DNA of 64,000 nt, taken from positions 89,556 through 153,555 of the forward strand of contig CAWFSB010000003.1 in assembly GCA_963818355.1 (NCBI GenBank), read 5' to 3'. Both the position numbers and the translations under genes were made by a program. The notes beneath the pieces are model-generated. The model had not been told where the DNA came from, ran no database searches, and saw only the letters and a list, made by a program, of their open reading frames with translations. Position 1 is the first letter of the stretch, and each line of letters starts with the position of its first letter. This stretch comes from an uncultured Acidobacteriota bacterium (GTDB lineage: Bacteria > Acidobacteriota > Vicinamibacteria > Fen-336). This document shows positions 22,581 through 34,134 of this stretch, in pieces.

Positions 22581-23162
22581 CTAGACCGCGACCGTGCCGA
22601 GGGGGTTCGCGTAGACCGCGCTCACTTCGAGCCGGGCCCCGATCGAGGCGAGCTCGACCGTCTCCCCGGAGCGGGCCTCGAAGAGCTCGAAGCGGCCGCC
22701 CTCGCTGCGGCGGTAAACCTCGATGAGCGGCTCGGCCTGCGAGACGAGAACGTACTCGCGGAGAGAGGCGATGCGCCGGTAGTGGGCCCACTTGGCTCCC
22801 CGGTCGTAGGCCTCGGTCGAGTCGGAAAGCACCTCGACGAGCAGGATGGGGTTCGTGATCGCCTCGGCGTCGTCGGGCGCGGTCTCGAGCCGGCCGCAGA
22901 CGACCGAGAGGTCCGGGTAGGTGGCGAGGTCCGTTTCGGGAATCCGCACCCGGACGTCGGACGAGAAGGCGCGACAGGCCTTGCCGCGAATCGCCAGGCC
23001 GATCTCGCTCGCCATAGCGACGGCGAGGCCGCCGTGCTCGATCGTGCCCCCTGCCATGGCCCACACGTCGCCGGCCAGGTACTCGTGGCGGACGTGGGAA
23101 GCCGCCTCCGCCGAAAGGTACTCAGCGTAGGTCATCCGGACGACGGCTGCGGGACGCCTCAT
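22581..23162 (-). CDS. Uma2 (DUF820) family endonuclease
   Basis: Intact 193-aa ORF. MTYAEYLSAE...HEYLAGDVWAMAGG...PDLSVVC...EVLSDST...D...K...Y is the usual Uma2 PD-(D/E)xK-like layout. An alternative start lies at 23135. Confidence 0.78.
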   Translation of the reverse strand: MRRPAAVVRMTYAEYLSAEAASHVRHEYLAGDVWAMAGGTIEHGGLAVAMASEIGLAIRGKACRAFSSDVRVRIPETDLATYPDLSVVCGRLETAPDDAEAITNPILLVEVLSDSTEAYDRGAKWAHYRRIASLREYVLVSQAEPLIEVYRRSEGGRFELFEARSGETVELASIGARLEVSAVYANPLGTVAV

Positions 23163-23319
23163 ACGGGAGATTATAGGCCGTCGTCGTCCGGCCTGCCCCC
23201 GGAGGCCCGCGATGCGGCCGCGCCGCGGCGCGGCCGCATCGCCTTTGCGGCAGAACGTTACACCTGCTGGCGCAAAATGGGCCTATTCACGGCATGCCTC
23301 CGCTGCTAACCTCCGGTCC

Positions 23320-24169
23320 GTGCGCCTCGACACCCACCAGCACTTCTGGCGCTACGACCCCGCCCAGCACGTCTGGATGACCGACGCGATGAGCGTCTTG
23401 CGCCGGGACCACCTACCCGCCGACCTCGAGCCGCGGCTCGGCGCGGCCGGCTTCGACGGCACGATCGCCGTCCAGGCGCGGCAGATGGTCGAGGAGACCG
23501 AGTGGCTCTTGCAGCTCGCCGACGCGCACCCGTTCATCCGGGGCGTCGTCGGCTGGGTGGACCTGCGCTCGCCGCAGGTCGGCGACAAGCTCGCGCGATA
23601 CGCGCGGCACCCGAAGCTCGTCGGTGTCCGCCACGTCGTCCACGACGAGCCGGACGACGCGTTCGTGCTGCGAGCGGACTTCCGCGCCGGCATCGCCCGG
23701 CTGCGGGATTTCGACCTGACCTACGACCTGCTGCTCTTTCCCGAGGCACCTGCCGTTCGCGGTACGCCTCGTCGAGGAGTTCCCCGAGCAGCCCTTCGTC
23801 CTCGACCACATCGCGAAGCCCCTCATCCGGGACCGCGTCCTCTCTCCGTGGAAGGAGGACCTGCGGCGGCTCGCCGCCTTCCCGAACGTCTTCTGCAAGC
23901 TGTCCGGGATGGTCACGGAGGCGCGCTGGGGTCAGTGGCGTCCGGAGGACTTCCACCCGTACCTCGACGCGGTCGTCGAGGCCTTCGGCGTGGAGCGCCT
24001 CATGATCGGTTCCGACTGGCCGGTCTGCACTCTCTCGGGCGATTACGCTTCGACGATGGCCGTCGTCGTCGACTACCTCCAGCGCTTCCCGGTCGAGGCC
24101 CGGGACGGCGTCCTCGGCCGCAACGGCGCGCGCTTCTACGGCCTCGACCGCAAGAAGGGGAACGCATGA
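23320..24169 (+). CDS. Amidohydrolase-2 family lactonase (L-fucono-1,5-lactonase-like), one frameshift
   Basis: GTG start with LDTHQHFWRYDP...RDHLPADL. There is one +1 step at ~23741 (tttccgagg to tttcccgagg). It then reads FPRHLPFAVRLVEEFPEQPFVLDHIAKP and MIGSDWPVC. The stop overlaps the next start (ATGA). Confidence 0.75.
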
Positions 24170-25227
24170 GCCCGACCATGACCGCCGCCGTCCTGCACGG
24201 GGCCCGCGACGTCCGCATCGAAACGGTCCCGCGCCCCGAGCTGCGGCCGGGGATGGCGCTCCTGCGGGTGCGCCGCGTCGGCATGTGCGGCTCGGACCTC
24301 CACTACTTCCAGCACGGCTACTGCGCCGGGTTCGTCCCGACGCGGCCCTTCGTGCTCGGCCACGAGCTGTCGGCCGAGGTCGAGGCCGTCGCCGACGACG
24401 TGACCGGGCTGGTCGCGGGCGCCCGCGTCGCGGTCAACCCGGCGCGGGCCTGCGACCGCTGCCGCTACTGCCGCAGCGGCCGCCGGAACCTCTGCCGCAG
24501 CACGGTCATGCTCGGCAGCGCCAGCACGAAGCCCCCGACCGACGGCGCCTTCGCCCAGTGGCTCGCGATCCGGGCCGACCAGTGCCACGTCCTGCCGGAC
24601 GGGCTCGACGACGGCGTGGGCGCGATGCTCGAGCCGTTCGCGGTGGCTCTCCACGCCGTGCGCCGCGCAGGCACTCTCTCCGCCAGCCGCGTGCTCGTGA
24701 CCGGCGGGGGGACGATCGGCCTGCTGGCCGCGATGACGGCGCGGGCCTTCGGCGCCGGCCTGGTCGTGGTCAGCGACGTGCTCCCCGAGCGGCGGACGAC
24801 CGCCCTTCGCCTCGGGGCGGACGCCGCGCTCGACCCGACCGACCCCCGGCTCCCCGCCCGCGCCGCCGAGCTGGCCGGCGACGGCTTCGACGTGGTCGTC
24901 GAGGCGGCCGGGGCGCGCCCGGCCCTGCGCCAGGCGTTCGACCTCGTGCGGCCGGGCGGCACGATCGTGCAGGTCGGCACCCTCGGCACCGAGGACGTGC
25001 CGCTCCCCGCGAACCAGCTCATGACCCGCGAGATCACCCTCCTCGGCTCGTTCCGCTACGGCGACGTCTTCGACGACGCGATCCGCCTCGCCGCCGCCGG
25101 GCGCGTCAACCTCGCGGCGCTGGTCAGCGAGGTCTTCCCTCTCGCCGAGGCCGCGCAGGCGCTCACGAGGGCCGGGGATCCCGGCTCCGTCATCAAGGTC
25201 CAGCTCCAGGTCGAGGAGAACGCCTGA
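24166..25227 (+). CDS. Zinc-dependent medium-chain alcohol/polyol dehydrogenase (L-idonate/sorbitol dehydrogenase-like)
   Basis: Intact ORF. It has GMCGSDLHY, GHELSAEV, the structural zinc site CDRCRYCRSGRRNLC and Rossmann loop VTGGGTIGLL. Confidence 0.85.
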   Translation: MSPTMTAAVLHGARDVRIETVPRPELRPGMALLRVRRVGMCGSDLHYFQHGYCAGFVPTRPFVLGHELSAEVEAVADDVTGLVAGARVAVNPARACDRCRYCRSGRRNLCRSTVMLGSASTKPPTDGAFAQWLAIRADQCHVLPDGLDDGVGAMLEPFAVALHAVRRAGTLSASRVLVTGGGTIGLLAAMTARAFGAGLVVVSDVLPERRTTALRLGADAALDPTDPRLPARAAELAGDGFDVVVEAAGARPALRQAFDLVRPGGTIVQVGTLGTEDVPLPANQLMTREITLLGSFRYGDVFDDAIRLAAAGRVNLAALVSEVFPLAEAAQALTRAGDPGSVIKVQLQVEENA

Positions 25228-25228
25228 G

Positions 25229-26924
25229 ATGAACGCCTCCCTGCTCGACGTCATCGTGATCGCCGTCTACCTCGTCGGCATCACCGCCTTCGGCATCCGC
25301 GTCGGCTACCGCCGCGACGCCTCGACCGACCAGTACTTCCTGGCCAACAAGTCGCTTGGCTGGTTCACCGTGGGCGCCGCGGTCTTCACCTCGAACATCT
25401 CGACCATCCACCTGGTCGGCCTTGCCGCCGGCGGGGCGAAGGAAGGCATGGTCATCGGCAACTTCGAGTGGATGGCCTGCTTCACGCTCATCCTTCTGGC
25501 GCTCGTGTTCACCCCGTTCTACATCCGCTCGGGCGTGCGCACGCTGCCGGAGTTCATGGAGCGGCGGTACTGCCCGGAGGCCCGGACGTTCCTCGCGATC
25601 ATCGGCCTCGTCGGGGCGCTGCTCATCCACATCGGCATCAGCCTGTTCGCCGCCGCCAAGATCTTCGAGAGCTTCCTCGGCGTGCCGATGATCGCGACGA
25701 TCGTCGTGCTGTCGCTCTTCACCGTGACCTACACGGCGCTCGGCGGGCTGAAGGCCGTGGTCATGACCGAGAACGTGCAGGTGCTGCTGCTGTTGGCCGG
25801 GGCCGCGCTCGTGACCGTGCTCGGCCTGCGGGCCCTTCCCGGCGTCGGGGTGAACGACCTGGCGTCCTTCCAGGCGGCCGTCGCCCCCGGCCAGCTCAAC
25901 ATGCTGCAGCCCGTGGTGAACGCCCGGGGGCACCTCAACGAGTTCTCCTGGCTCGCGGTGCTGCTCGGCTACCCCATCCTCGGCATTTGGTACTGGTGCG
26001 CCGACCAGACGCACGTGCAGCGCGTCCTCGGCGCACGCAGCCTGAAGGACGGTCAGAACGGGGCGCTCTTCGCCGGCTTCCTCAAGATCACCCCCGTCTT
26101 CCTGATGGTCCTCCCCGGGGTGATCGGCTACGTCCTGTGGCGGAAGGGCGCCATAGCGCTCGCGAACGTCCCCGGCACGAGCACGCCGGACTACAACACC
26201 ATGCTGCCCGTGCTCATCAACCACCTCGTCCCCACCGGGCTGCGAGGGCTCCTGGCCGCCTGCATGGCGGCGGCGCTCATGAGCTGCATGGCGGCGGCGC
26301 TCAACAGCTGCGCGACGCTCGTCTCGATGGACGTCGTGAAGCGCGTCCGGCCCGACACCCCCGACGCGCGGGTGGTGAGGATCGGGCGGATCACGACGGG
26401 CGTCATCATGGTCCTCGCCATGCTCTGGTCGACACAGGGCGACCAGTTCGGGACGATCTTCGAGGCGATCAACAAGATCCCCATGACGTTCGCCCCCGCG
26501 GTCACGACGGTGTTCGTCCTCGGCCTCCTGTGGAAGCGCGGCACGAAGCAGGGCGGCGATGGCGACTCTCTACGCGGGCTCCCTCATAGGCGTCGTCTAC
26601 TTCCTGGCCGATCTGCCGAGGATCGGCCGGCTCGTCCTGGGCAGCCAGGCGCCCGAGAGCTTCGCCGGGCTCGTCACCGATCCCGCGGTGGGCCTCGGCA
26701 TCCCGTTCATGCTCGTCGGCCCGCTGCTGGCCGTGGTGTGCGTCTTGATCTACGTCGTCACGAGCCTGCTGACCCCGGCCATGGACGCCCGGGAAGTCGC
26801 GGCCGTCTGCTGGGATCACCCGCTGGCGTTCCTCCGCGGCCGGCTGAGCGGGGCGAGCGACCCGCGCCTCGTGTCCCTCGTGCTGATGGCCGTGGTCGGC
26901 GCGCTCTACACCTGGCTGCGGTAG
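25229..26924 (+). CDS. Sodium:solute symporter (SSF/SGLT family), one frameshift
   Basis: Multi-pass hydrophobic protein with an SSF-like N-terminus (YFLANKSLGWF...). One +1 step at ~26552 (ggcgcgatg to ggcggcgatg) joins WKRGTKQG to AMATLYAGSLIGVVYF (track ORF 26559..26924). Confidence 0.82.
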
Positions 26925-26938
26925 GACTCGGAGCACCC

Positions 26939-27879
26939 ATGAAGCGCAACCCACTGGGTCGGACCGGGCTTCAGGTTTCGCGCCTCAGCTTCGGCGCGTC
27001 GTCGCTCGGGGGTGTCTTCCGCACGGTGGACGAGGACGAGGCAGTGCGCGCGGTGCACGTCGCCCTCGACGCCGGCATCAACTACCTCGACGTCGCGCCG
27101 GCCTACGGGGCCACGCGGGCGGAGACCGTCCTCGGCCGCGCGCTGCGCGCGGTGCCCCGCGCCCGCTACTTCCTCTCCACCAAGGTCGGCAAGTACACGC
27201 AGCCCCGGCGCCTACGGAGACGACACCCTCGACTACTCCCGCGCCCGGATCCGGGCGTCCCTCGACGAGAGCGCAGCCCGCATCGGCGTCGAGTACTTCG
27301 ACATCGTGCACCTCCACGACATCGAGTACCAGGGCCGCAAGCACACCGAGTGGGCGCTCGGCGAAGGGCTCGAGGCCCTGCGGGAGCTCAAGCGCGAGGG
27401 TCGCATCGGCGCGGTGGGCTTCGGCATCTACCCGATGGACCTGTGGCACCGCGTGCTCGCCGACTGTGACCCGGACGCGGCCCTCGTCCACAACCACTAC
27501 TGCCTGAACGACACGCGGCTTCTCGATCTGCTGCCCGTCGCGCGGCGCACGGGAGTCGGCATCATCAACGGCTCGCCGTTCGGCAGCGGCCTCCTGACGG
27601 ACCGGGGCCCCGCCGACTGGCACCCCGCGCGAGAGGACGAGCGCGCCGTCTTTCGGCGGGCGGCCGAGTTCTGCCGCGAGCAGGGGACGAGCCTCGGCAA
27701 GCTCGCGCTCCAGTTCGCGAGCCAGAACCCGGAGATCCCGACGACGCTCTTCAGCTCGGCGAGCCCGGAGTCGGTCGCGCCGCAACGTCGAGTGGCACGA
27801 GGAGCCGTTCGACTCGTCGCTGGTCGAGCGCGTCCAGGCCATCCTGGCATCGGTGAGGGACAAGCAATGGAGCTACTGA
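26939..27879 (+). CDS. Aldo-keto reductase (D-threo-aldose / L-fucose 1-dehydrogenase-like), two frameshifts
   Basis: MKRNPLGRTGLQVSRLSFGASSLGG...INYLDVAPAYG...STKVGKY. After a +1 step at ~27205 it reads YFDIVHLHD and IINGSPFGSGLL. After a second +1 step at ~27786 (gcgcgc to gcgccgc) it reads NVEWHEEPF...DKQWSY and stops at TGA 27877-27879. Confidence 0.8.
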
Positions 27880-29884
27880 TCGGCAGGGCCACGCTCGCTC
27901 TCGCCGCAGCTACGTTTCTGGCGACCCCGGCGCAATCGGCTTCCGCGTCCGAACTGCCGGCTTCGGGCGGGCGGACCTACCGCGTGGCCGGCCGTTTCCT
28001 GGAGCGCGATGGCAAGGCCGCGTTCCTCGTGGGCGCCAACTACATCCCGCCCCGCGACTGGCTGGCCAACCTGCGGACGTGGGACGCCCCGACGGTCGAC
28101 GCCGACATGGCGGCGCTCGAGCGGCTCGGCGTCCGCACGATCCGCTGGTTCCCGCTCTGGCCGCTGACGCAGCCCGACCCGGACGCGATCGACGAGACCG
28201 TGCTGCGTCGCGTCGACGAGGTGGTGCGCCTCGCCGGAAGGCACCACATCGACGTGCAGATCTCGCCGCTCACCGGGTGGATGTCCGGCTACTTCGTCCT
28301 GCCGCCGTGGGCCCGCGGAGTCGACCTGTTCGTCGACCCGAAGGCGCTGGCGGCCGAGAAGCTCCTCGTGGGCCACATGGCCACCCGCTACCGCGGCAAC
28401 CCGGCCGTCCAGGGCTTCGACTTCGGCAACGAGCTGAACGTCGTTCGTCGAGTTCGTCCGCACGAAGGCGACCGTGCCGGGGATGGAGGCGTGGATGGAC
28501 GCCATCTTCCGAGCGTTCAAGTCGGGTTCGCCCGAGCACCTCGTCACGAACGGCATCGGCACCGGCTTCACGAAGGAGTTCAACGTTGATGCGATCGCGC
28601 GCACGAGCGACTACGTCTCCGTCCACTCGTACCCCGGTGTCCACCGCACGAGCCGCATGGACCCCTTCCTCGGCCAGCGCACCACCTACAGCGTCAACTA
28701 CATGATCGAGTGGGCGGCGACCACCGGGAAGCCGGTGCTGATGCAGGAAACGGGCGTCAGCAACACCGAGGTGACCGACGCCGATATGAGCCGGATCCTG
28801 TCCGTCACGCTCGCGAGCAGCTGGGCGGAGGGCGCGGCCGGCTACTTCTGGTGGTGCAGCGCACGACAACGACCCCGACCTACCGGATCCCCGAGGACCT
28901 CGTCTGGAAGGAACCGTCGCTTCTCAAGGACCTGAAGACCGGCGAGATGATGGGGCTGCTCACGAACGACAACCGCGAGAAGCCCGTCGGCCGGCGTTTC
29001 CGCGAGCTCGGCGGGCTGCTCGAAACCCTCGGCGTCGGCTGGACGTCGAAGAACCCGGTCGTCTACGTGCTCGTGCCGGAGTCCGACGACTTCTGGGGCA
29101 CGATGATCGAGCTCGTCCAGCCGTTCGTGCTCGCCAAGCAGACGCACGCCAAGGTGCGCTTCCTGCGAGCAGAAGGCGGAGGTCCCGGCCGACGCCGCGG
29201 CGGTGATCGTGCCCGGCTACGCGCTCTCGCGCGGCGGCGAAGCGCCCGCTCGACGCCTGGCTGCGAGCGGGCGGCCGCGTCTTCCAGTCCGTCTTCAACG
29301 ACTTCTCCCCCGACATCACGGTCGAGCCGGGCGAGCGCCTCGACCCCGCACCGCTCGTCTGGGCCACGGGGCGACTCGGCTCCGTTCGCGTCCGACCAGT
29401 ACGTGCGCCTGCCCCCGACGGCCGATCCGAAACGTCAAGGCGAACGACGCAGGTCGAGGTGCTCGCCCGCTATCTGGCCGCGCCGGAGCATCCGCGCGTC
29501 TGGCACTTCGGCACGCCGCTCTTCTGCCGCACCGCCGTGGGCCGGGGCGCCTACTACTATCTCGGGGCCGCGCTCGAGAAGGCCTATGTCACGTCCTGGT
29601 CGCCGTGGGAGACGACCGACGGCCACGCCTTCTACGCGGCGCTCGTGCCGCCGGGCGAGGTCGCAGATCGACAACCCGCTCGTCGAGCTGGCCCACCTCG
29701 CGCGCGGAGCCGAGGAGGTCGTCGTCCTCGATCAACCACACGCGGCGCGTTCCAGGACGTGCGCGTCTCGTGCCCCGAGGGCCGCTCATTCCGCGGCATC
29801 GAGGACCCGGCGCGCGTCCTGCGCGGCGGCGAGACGCATCTGCGGATGGCCCCGGCGGAGGTCGCCGTTCTTCCGCCAGCCTCG
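27867..29884 (+). CDS. Secreted clan GH-A TIM-barrel glycoside hydrolase with GH42-like middle domain (about 12 frameshifts; stop codon apparently destroyed)
   Basis: Signal peptide MELLIGRATLALAAATFLATPAQSASA. The acid/base motif is GFDFGNELN and the nucleophile motif is KPVLMQETGV. The middle part (VYVLVPESDDFWG...AAAVIVPGYAL...WLRAGGRVF) resembles the GH42 trimerisation domain. Frames cycle 0-1-2 repeatedly, always by +1 (~28445, 28862, 28880, 29165, 29232, 29370, 29420, 29445, 29675, 29730, 29748). The end is inferred at gcc tCga (29878-29884). Confidence 0.6.
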
Positions 29885-29898
29885 ACGGGAGGATCGCG

Positions 29899-31980
29899 AT
29901 GTCGGAGCCGACGCGTGTGCTGGCCGCTTCCGGTCTCCTGGTCGCGGCCCTGCTGGCTCAACCCCGGTCGGCCGCCTTGGCGGCGCGACGCCCGGCGGCC
30001 GGGCCTCCACCTCGGCTTCGACACGGCCGACGCCCGCGTTCAGGGCAACGGCTGGCTCGTGCCGGGTGTCGCGGGCCAGGCGCTCCAGCTCGACGGCATC
30101 GCCGCGCACGTCGTCGTCCCCGCCGCGGACGTGCCGCCGCTCGCGGGCTCGTTCACGGTCGAGGGCTGGGTGGCCCTCGGGGCCTACCCGTTCAACGACG
30201 CGCCGCTGCTGCAGCAGCAGGACGGCGAGTCGGTCGGCTTCTTCCTCGGCGTGGGCGACCGCGGGCAGGTCCGCTTCGACGTCGCCGCGGGCGGGCGGCG
30301 GCTCTCTCTCGCGAGCGCCGAGCACCTTCCCCTGCGCCAGTGGGCGCACGTGGCCGGCGTCTTCGAGGAGGGGAAGGGCGCGACGCTGTACGTGAACGGC
30401 CAGCCGGCGGGCGTCGCGGGAGGCACGGGCCCCTTCGTGCAGGCCACGCGCTCCGACCTGTGGATCGGTCGCAACGCGTACGAGATGGAGCAGAGCGCCC
30501 CGGTGGGGCACGGCCGGCAGCAGCCGACCCGCATCCTGCTCGACGGCGTCCTCGACGAGCTGCGGATCACCCCGGGGGCGCGGAGCGCCGCGGACATCGC
30601 GGCCGCCCACGCGCGGACGAAAGCCGGCCGGCGCTCCTCCGCTCGAGGCGCGCGCGCTCCCGACGCTGCCCTCGGGCCCGGCCGGGTTCGGCGCCTTCTA
30701 CACGCGGCTGCGCTACTACAAGGGCTGGGACGACGCGCTGGCGCGTCGGAGACGCGCCCGACGTGGTCGTGCGCTTCGACCAGGCGCCCTACTGGTTCGC
30801 CTTCTGGCGGGGCACGAGCTACATCCCGCACTGGGTGACCGAGAACGGCATCTGGTACGACAACGAGTTCGCGGAGACCTTCCCGCCCGGCATGGTCGGC
30901 AGCGCCGAGCCGATGTCGGACAAGCAGTGCCGCTACTCGCACGTGCGCATCCTCGAGTCGAGCGACGCGCGCGCGGTCGTGCACTGGCGCTACGCGCCGA
31001 TCGGCGTCGGGTACCTGCCCGCGTACCCGGACCCGCTCACCGACTGGGCCGACTGGACGGACGAGATCCACACCGTCTACCCCGACGGCGTCGGCGTCCG
31101 CAAGATCGTCGTCCACACGCTCGCTGCCCGACGCCAAGCGCGAGTGGCACGAGGGCATCGTGGTGATGGGCCCCGGCACGACGCCGAACGACGCCCTCGC
31201 GCCGGTCGGGCTCACCCTCGCGAACAGCCGCGGCGAGTCGGTGGACGTCTCGTGGGAGAAGGCGACGCCGCCCTTCGAGCCGGAGCAGCCCGAGCGCTCG
31301 GGCATCCAGCTCATCCGCACCCGCTCGCGCTACCAGCCGTTCGCGATCGCGCGGTGGCAGGACGAGCCGAGCTTCGACGTCTACTCGGGCGAGGTGCGCC
31401 GCGACGTCAGCATCTACCCCTGGTGGAACCACTGGCCGACCGCGTTCGAGCCCTCGAACGGCCGCTACGCCCTCGCCGCGGACCGCGCGAGCCACTCCTC
31501 GCTCACCCACATGCGGTGGAAGGAGATCGCGAAGACCCGCGACTCCGTGACCAAGGTCCACCTCGAGGGCATGAGCGACGCCGGCGTCGCCGAGCTCGCC
31601 TCGCTCGCGCGCTCGTGGGAGAGCCCGGCCGGCCTGAAGGTCGAGAGCCCCGGCTACTCGGGCGGCGACTACGACCCCGGCGAGCGCGCCTGGATCGTCG
31701 AGCGCTCGGCGGCCGCCGCGACCGAGCCGCTCGCTCTCACCCTCGCCGCGAGCCCCGCCTCGCCGGTCGAGAACGTGGCGCTGGTCGTGAAGGGCTGGGG
31801 CGACGGCGGGGCCACGCTGACCCTCGACGGCCGGGAAGTGGCGAGCGGCAAGGACTTCCGCGTCGGCCACCGCCGCCGCCTCGAGGCGACCGACCTCGTC
31901 GTCTTCGTGACGCGCGCGCGCCACCGTCGCCGCTCCGGCTGGTCCTCGCGGCGACCGACCTCCGGGCTACAATGCCGTAG
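29899..31980 (+). CDS. Secreted LamG (concanavalin A-like lectin/glucanase) domain protein with large uncharacterised C-terminal domain (five frameshifts)
   Basis: GGGAGGA-N5-ATG start with signal peptide [22 protein letters not shown]. The LamG-like part reads [18 protein letters not shown]...FTVEGWV...[11 protein letters not shown]...LWIGRN...LDELRI. The conserved-looking C-terminal part reads [32 protein letters not shown]. Frame steps are at ~29990, ~30625, ~30750, ~31135 (+1 each) and ~31915 (-1). It ends at TAG 31978-31980. Confidence 0.6.
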   Translation: MSEPTRVLAASGLLVAALLAQPRSAALAARRPAAGPPPRLRHGRRPRSGQRLARAGCRGPGAPARRHRRARRRPRRGRAAARGLVHGRGLGGPRGLPVQRRAAAAAAGRRVGRLLPRRGRPRAGPLRRRRGRAAALSRERRAPSPAPVGARGRRLRGGEGRDAVRERPAGGRRGRHGPLRAGHALRPVDRSQRVRDGAERPGGARPAAADPHPARRRPRRAADHPGGAERRGHRGRPRADESRPALLRSRRARSRRCPRARPGSAPSTRGCATTRAGTTRWRVGDAPDVVVRFDQAPYWFAFWRGTSYIPHWVTENGIWYDNEFAETFPPGMVGSAEPMSDKQCRYSHVRILESSDARAVVHWRYAPIGVGYLPAYPDPLTDWADWTDEIHTVYPDGVGVRKIVVHTLAARRQARVARGHRGDGPRHDAERRPRAGRAHPREQPRRVGGRLVGEGDAALRAGAARALGHPAHPHPLALPAVRDRAVAGRAELRRLLGRGAPRRQHLPLVEPLADRVRALERPLRPRRGPREPLLAHPHAVEGDREDPRLRDQGPPRGHERRRRRRARLARALVGEPGRPEGREPRLLGRRLRPRRARLDRRALGGRRDRAARSHPRREPRLAGRERGAGREGLGRRRGHADPRRPGSGERQGLPRRPPPPPRGDRPRRLRDARAPPSPLRLVLAATDLRATMP
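31968..31973 (+). promoter_or_regulatory. -10-like hexamer (gc)TACAAT upstream of the ABC transporter operon
   Basis: It lies 28 nt before ATG 32001, inside the last codons of the LamG gene. Confidence 0.3.
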
Positions 31981-32000
31981 TCCCCGGCGTCGAGGCACCG

Positions 32001-32934
32001 ATGAGCGAGAGCGCGAGCACCGACGGGAGCCCGGCCCTTCGCGTCCGCGACGTGGCCAAGCGGTTCAGGAGCGCGGTCGCGCTCGATCGCGCCAGCCTCG
32101 AGCTGCAAAGGGGCGAGCGGCTGGCTCTCCTCGGGCCCAACGGCGCCGGCAAGACGACGCTCGTGCGCTGCATCTGCGGACGGGCCGTGCCGGACGCGGG
32201 GGAGATCGAGATGCTCGGCGAGCGCCTTCCCCCGACCGGCGGACGGCAGGGGCTCGGCTTCGTCCCCCAGGAGGTCGCCCTCTACCCGGACCTGACGGCC
32301 CGGGAGAACCTCGAGGCCTTCGGCCGCTTCCACGGCCTGCGCGGCGGCGAGCTGCGAAAGGCCGTGCAGTGGGCGCTCGGTTGGACCGGCCTCTCCGACC
32401 GGGCCCGCGAGCTCACGAAGACCTTCTCCGGGGGGATGAAGAGGCGTGTCAACATCGCCTGCGGCGTCCTTCACCGGCCGCGGGTGCTGCTGCTGGACGA
32501 GCCCACCGTGGGCGTCGACCCCCAGAGCCGGGAGCGCATCTTCGCGATGCTCGACGAGCTGCGGGACCACGGCACCTCGATCCTGCTGACGACCCACCAG
32601 CTGGACGAGGCGGAGCAGCGCTGCGACCGCATCGTGATCATCGACCACGGCCGCGTCATCGCGGGGGACGCTCTCCGAGCTCGTCGAGGCCACGGTTGGC
32701 CCGAAGCGCCGGGTGACGCTCCGCCTGGCCGCGCCGGGGCCGAGGCCCGAGGGCTTCCGGGCGGGCGCTGGCCCGCGGGAGCTCGTGGCCGAGGTGGCGG
32801 ACGTGGCCCTCGAGCTGCCGGCCCTTCTGGAGAGGGTCCGCGAGGTCGGCGGCGAGGTGAGCGACGTCGAGGTTCGGGCGCCCTCCCTGCACGCGGTCTT
32901 CATCCACCTCACCGGGCGGGAGCTGCGGGAATGA
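32001..32934 (+). CDS. ABC transporter ATP-binding protein (ABC-2 type exporter), one frameshift
   Basis: Walker [10 protein letters not shown], signature FSGGMKRR and Walker [12 protein letters not shown]. One +1 step at ~32668 joins to track ORF 32713..32934. The stop overlaps the next start (ATGA). Confidence 0.85.
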
Positions 32935-34133
32935 TCTGGACGGTGGTACGCGTCGGGCTGCTGCGGATCTGGCACGGGCGGGTGGCGCTGCTGCTCGACT
33001 TCGCGGTCCCGATCGCGTTCTTCACCATCTTCGCGTTCATCTTCGGCGGGCAGGTCGGGCTGGGAAAGTCGCCGCGCGTGAACGTCGCCCTCGTCGACGA
33101 GGACGGGACGGACCTCAGCCGGAAACTGATGTCGGCCCTGGCCGAGCAGGAGACCCTGCACGTCTACTCCCCCGAGCGCGGAGAGGGCGGGCCCACCGTC
33201 TTCGCGACGAGCGGCCCCGCACGAGCGCTCGTACTCGAGGGGGGCCTGCCCCTGGCGGTCGTCGTACCCCGCGGCTGGACGACGTCCTTTCTGGGACCGG
33301 GAGAGGAGGAATCCGTCCAGGTCCTCGCGGACTCCTCGGACCCCGTCGCGACGCAGGTCGTCTCGGCGCTGATCCGGCAGGTCGCGGGCCAGATCCGCGG
33401 CGAGCAGGCCCGGCGGCAGATCGAGGCCGTGCTGGGCCCCTCCGCCGCCCCGTTCGCCGCCTCGTCGGCGGCCCGCTTCACGAGGCCGGTGGGCGTCGAG
33501 GTGGTCGAGATCCTCGCCGCGGGCAAGGCGAACCCGGTCGTGTCCATGTACGCCGCGGGCATCGCGGTCATGTTCCTGCTGTTCGGCGCCGTCGGTGGCG
33601 CGGGGGCTCTCCTCGAGGAGGCAGAGAGCCAGACCCTCGAGCGACTGATGTGCTCGTCGCTCGGCATGACGCGGCTCCTCGCCGGGAAGTGGCTGCTCCT
33701 GACGATCGTGGGGATAGCGCAGGTCACGGTCATGTTCGCCTGGGCCCAGCTCGCCTTCCGCGTGGACCTCGTCGGCCACCTCCCCGGCTTCGCGGTGATG
33801 ACGGCCGTCACCGCGGGGGCCGCGAGCAGCCTCGCGCTGGCCCTGGCCACGGCGTGCCGCACGCGCGCGCAGCTCAACGCGGTCGCCATCATCCTGATCC
33901 TCACCATGTCCGCGCTGGGGGGCAGCATGGTCCCCCGCTACGTGATGAGCGGGACGATGCGGGAGATCGGCCGGCTGACCTTCAACGCGTGGGCGCTCGA
34001 CGGCTACACCAAGGTCTTCTGGCGGGGCCTGCCCCTCCGCGCGCTCCTGCCGGAGCTCGCGGTGCTCGTCACCGCGGCGGTCGTGCTGTTCCTCCTGGCC
34101 CGTCTCCTCGCCCGCCGCTGGGAGAGCGTCTGA
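32931..34133 (+). CDS. ABC-2 type transporter permease
   Basis: Intact ORF. One N-terminal TM segment, a large extracytoplasmic loop and then five hydrophobic segments, which is the typical ABC-2 permease layout. Translationally coupled to the ATPase. Confidence 0.8.
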   Translation: MIWTVVRVGLLRIWHGRVALLLDFAVPIAFFTIFAFIFGGQVGLGKSPRVNVALVDEDGTDLSRKLMSALAEQETLHVYSPERGEGGPTVFATSGPARALVLEGGLPLAVVVPRGWTTSFLGPGEEESVQVLADSSDPVATQVVSALIRQVAGQIRGEQARRQIEAVLGPSAAPFAASSAARFTRPVGVEVVEILAAGKANPVVSMYAAGIAVMFLLFGAVGGAGALLEEAESQTLERLMCSSLGMTRLLAGKWLLLTIVGIAQVTVMFAWAQLAFRVDLVGHLPGFAVMTAVTAGAASSLALALATACRTRAQLNAVAIILILTMSALGGSMVPRYVMSGTMREIGRLTFNAWALDGYTKVFWRGLPLRALLPELAVLVTAAVVLFLLARLLARRWESV

Positions 34134-34134
34134 G

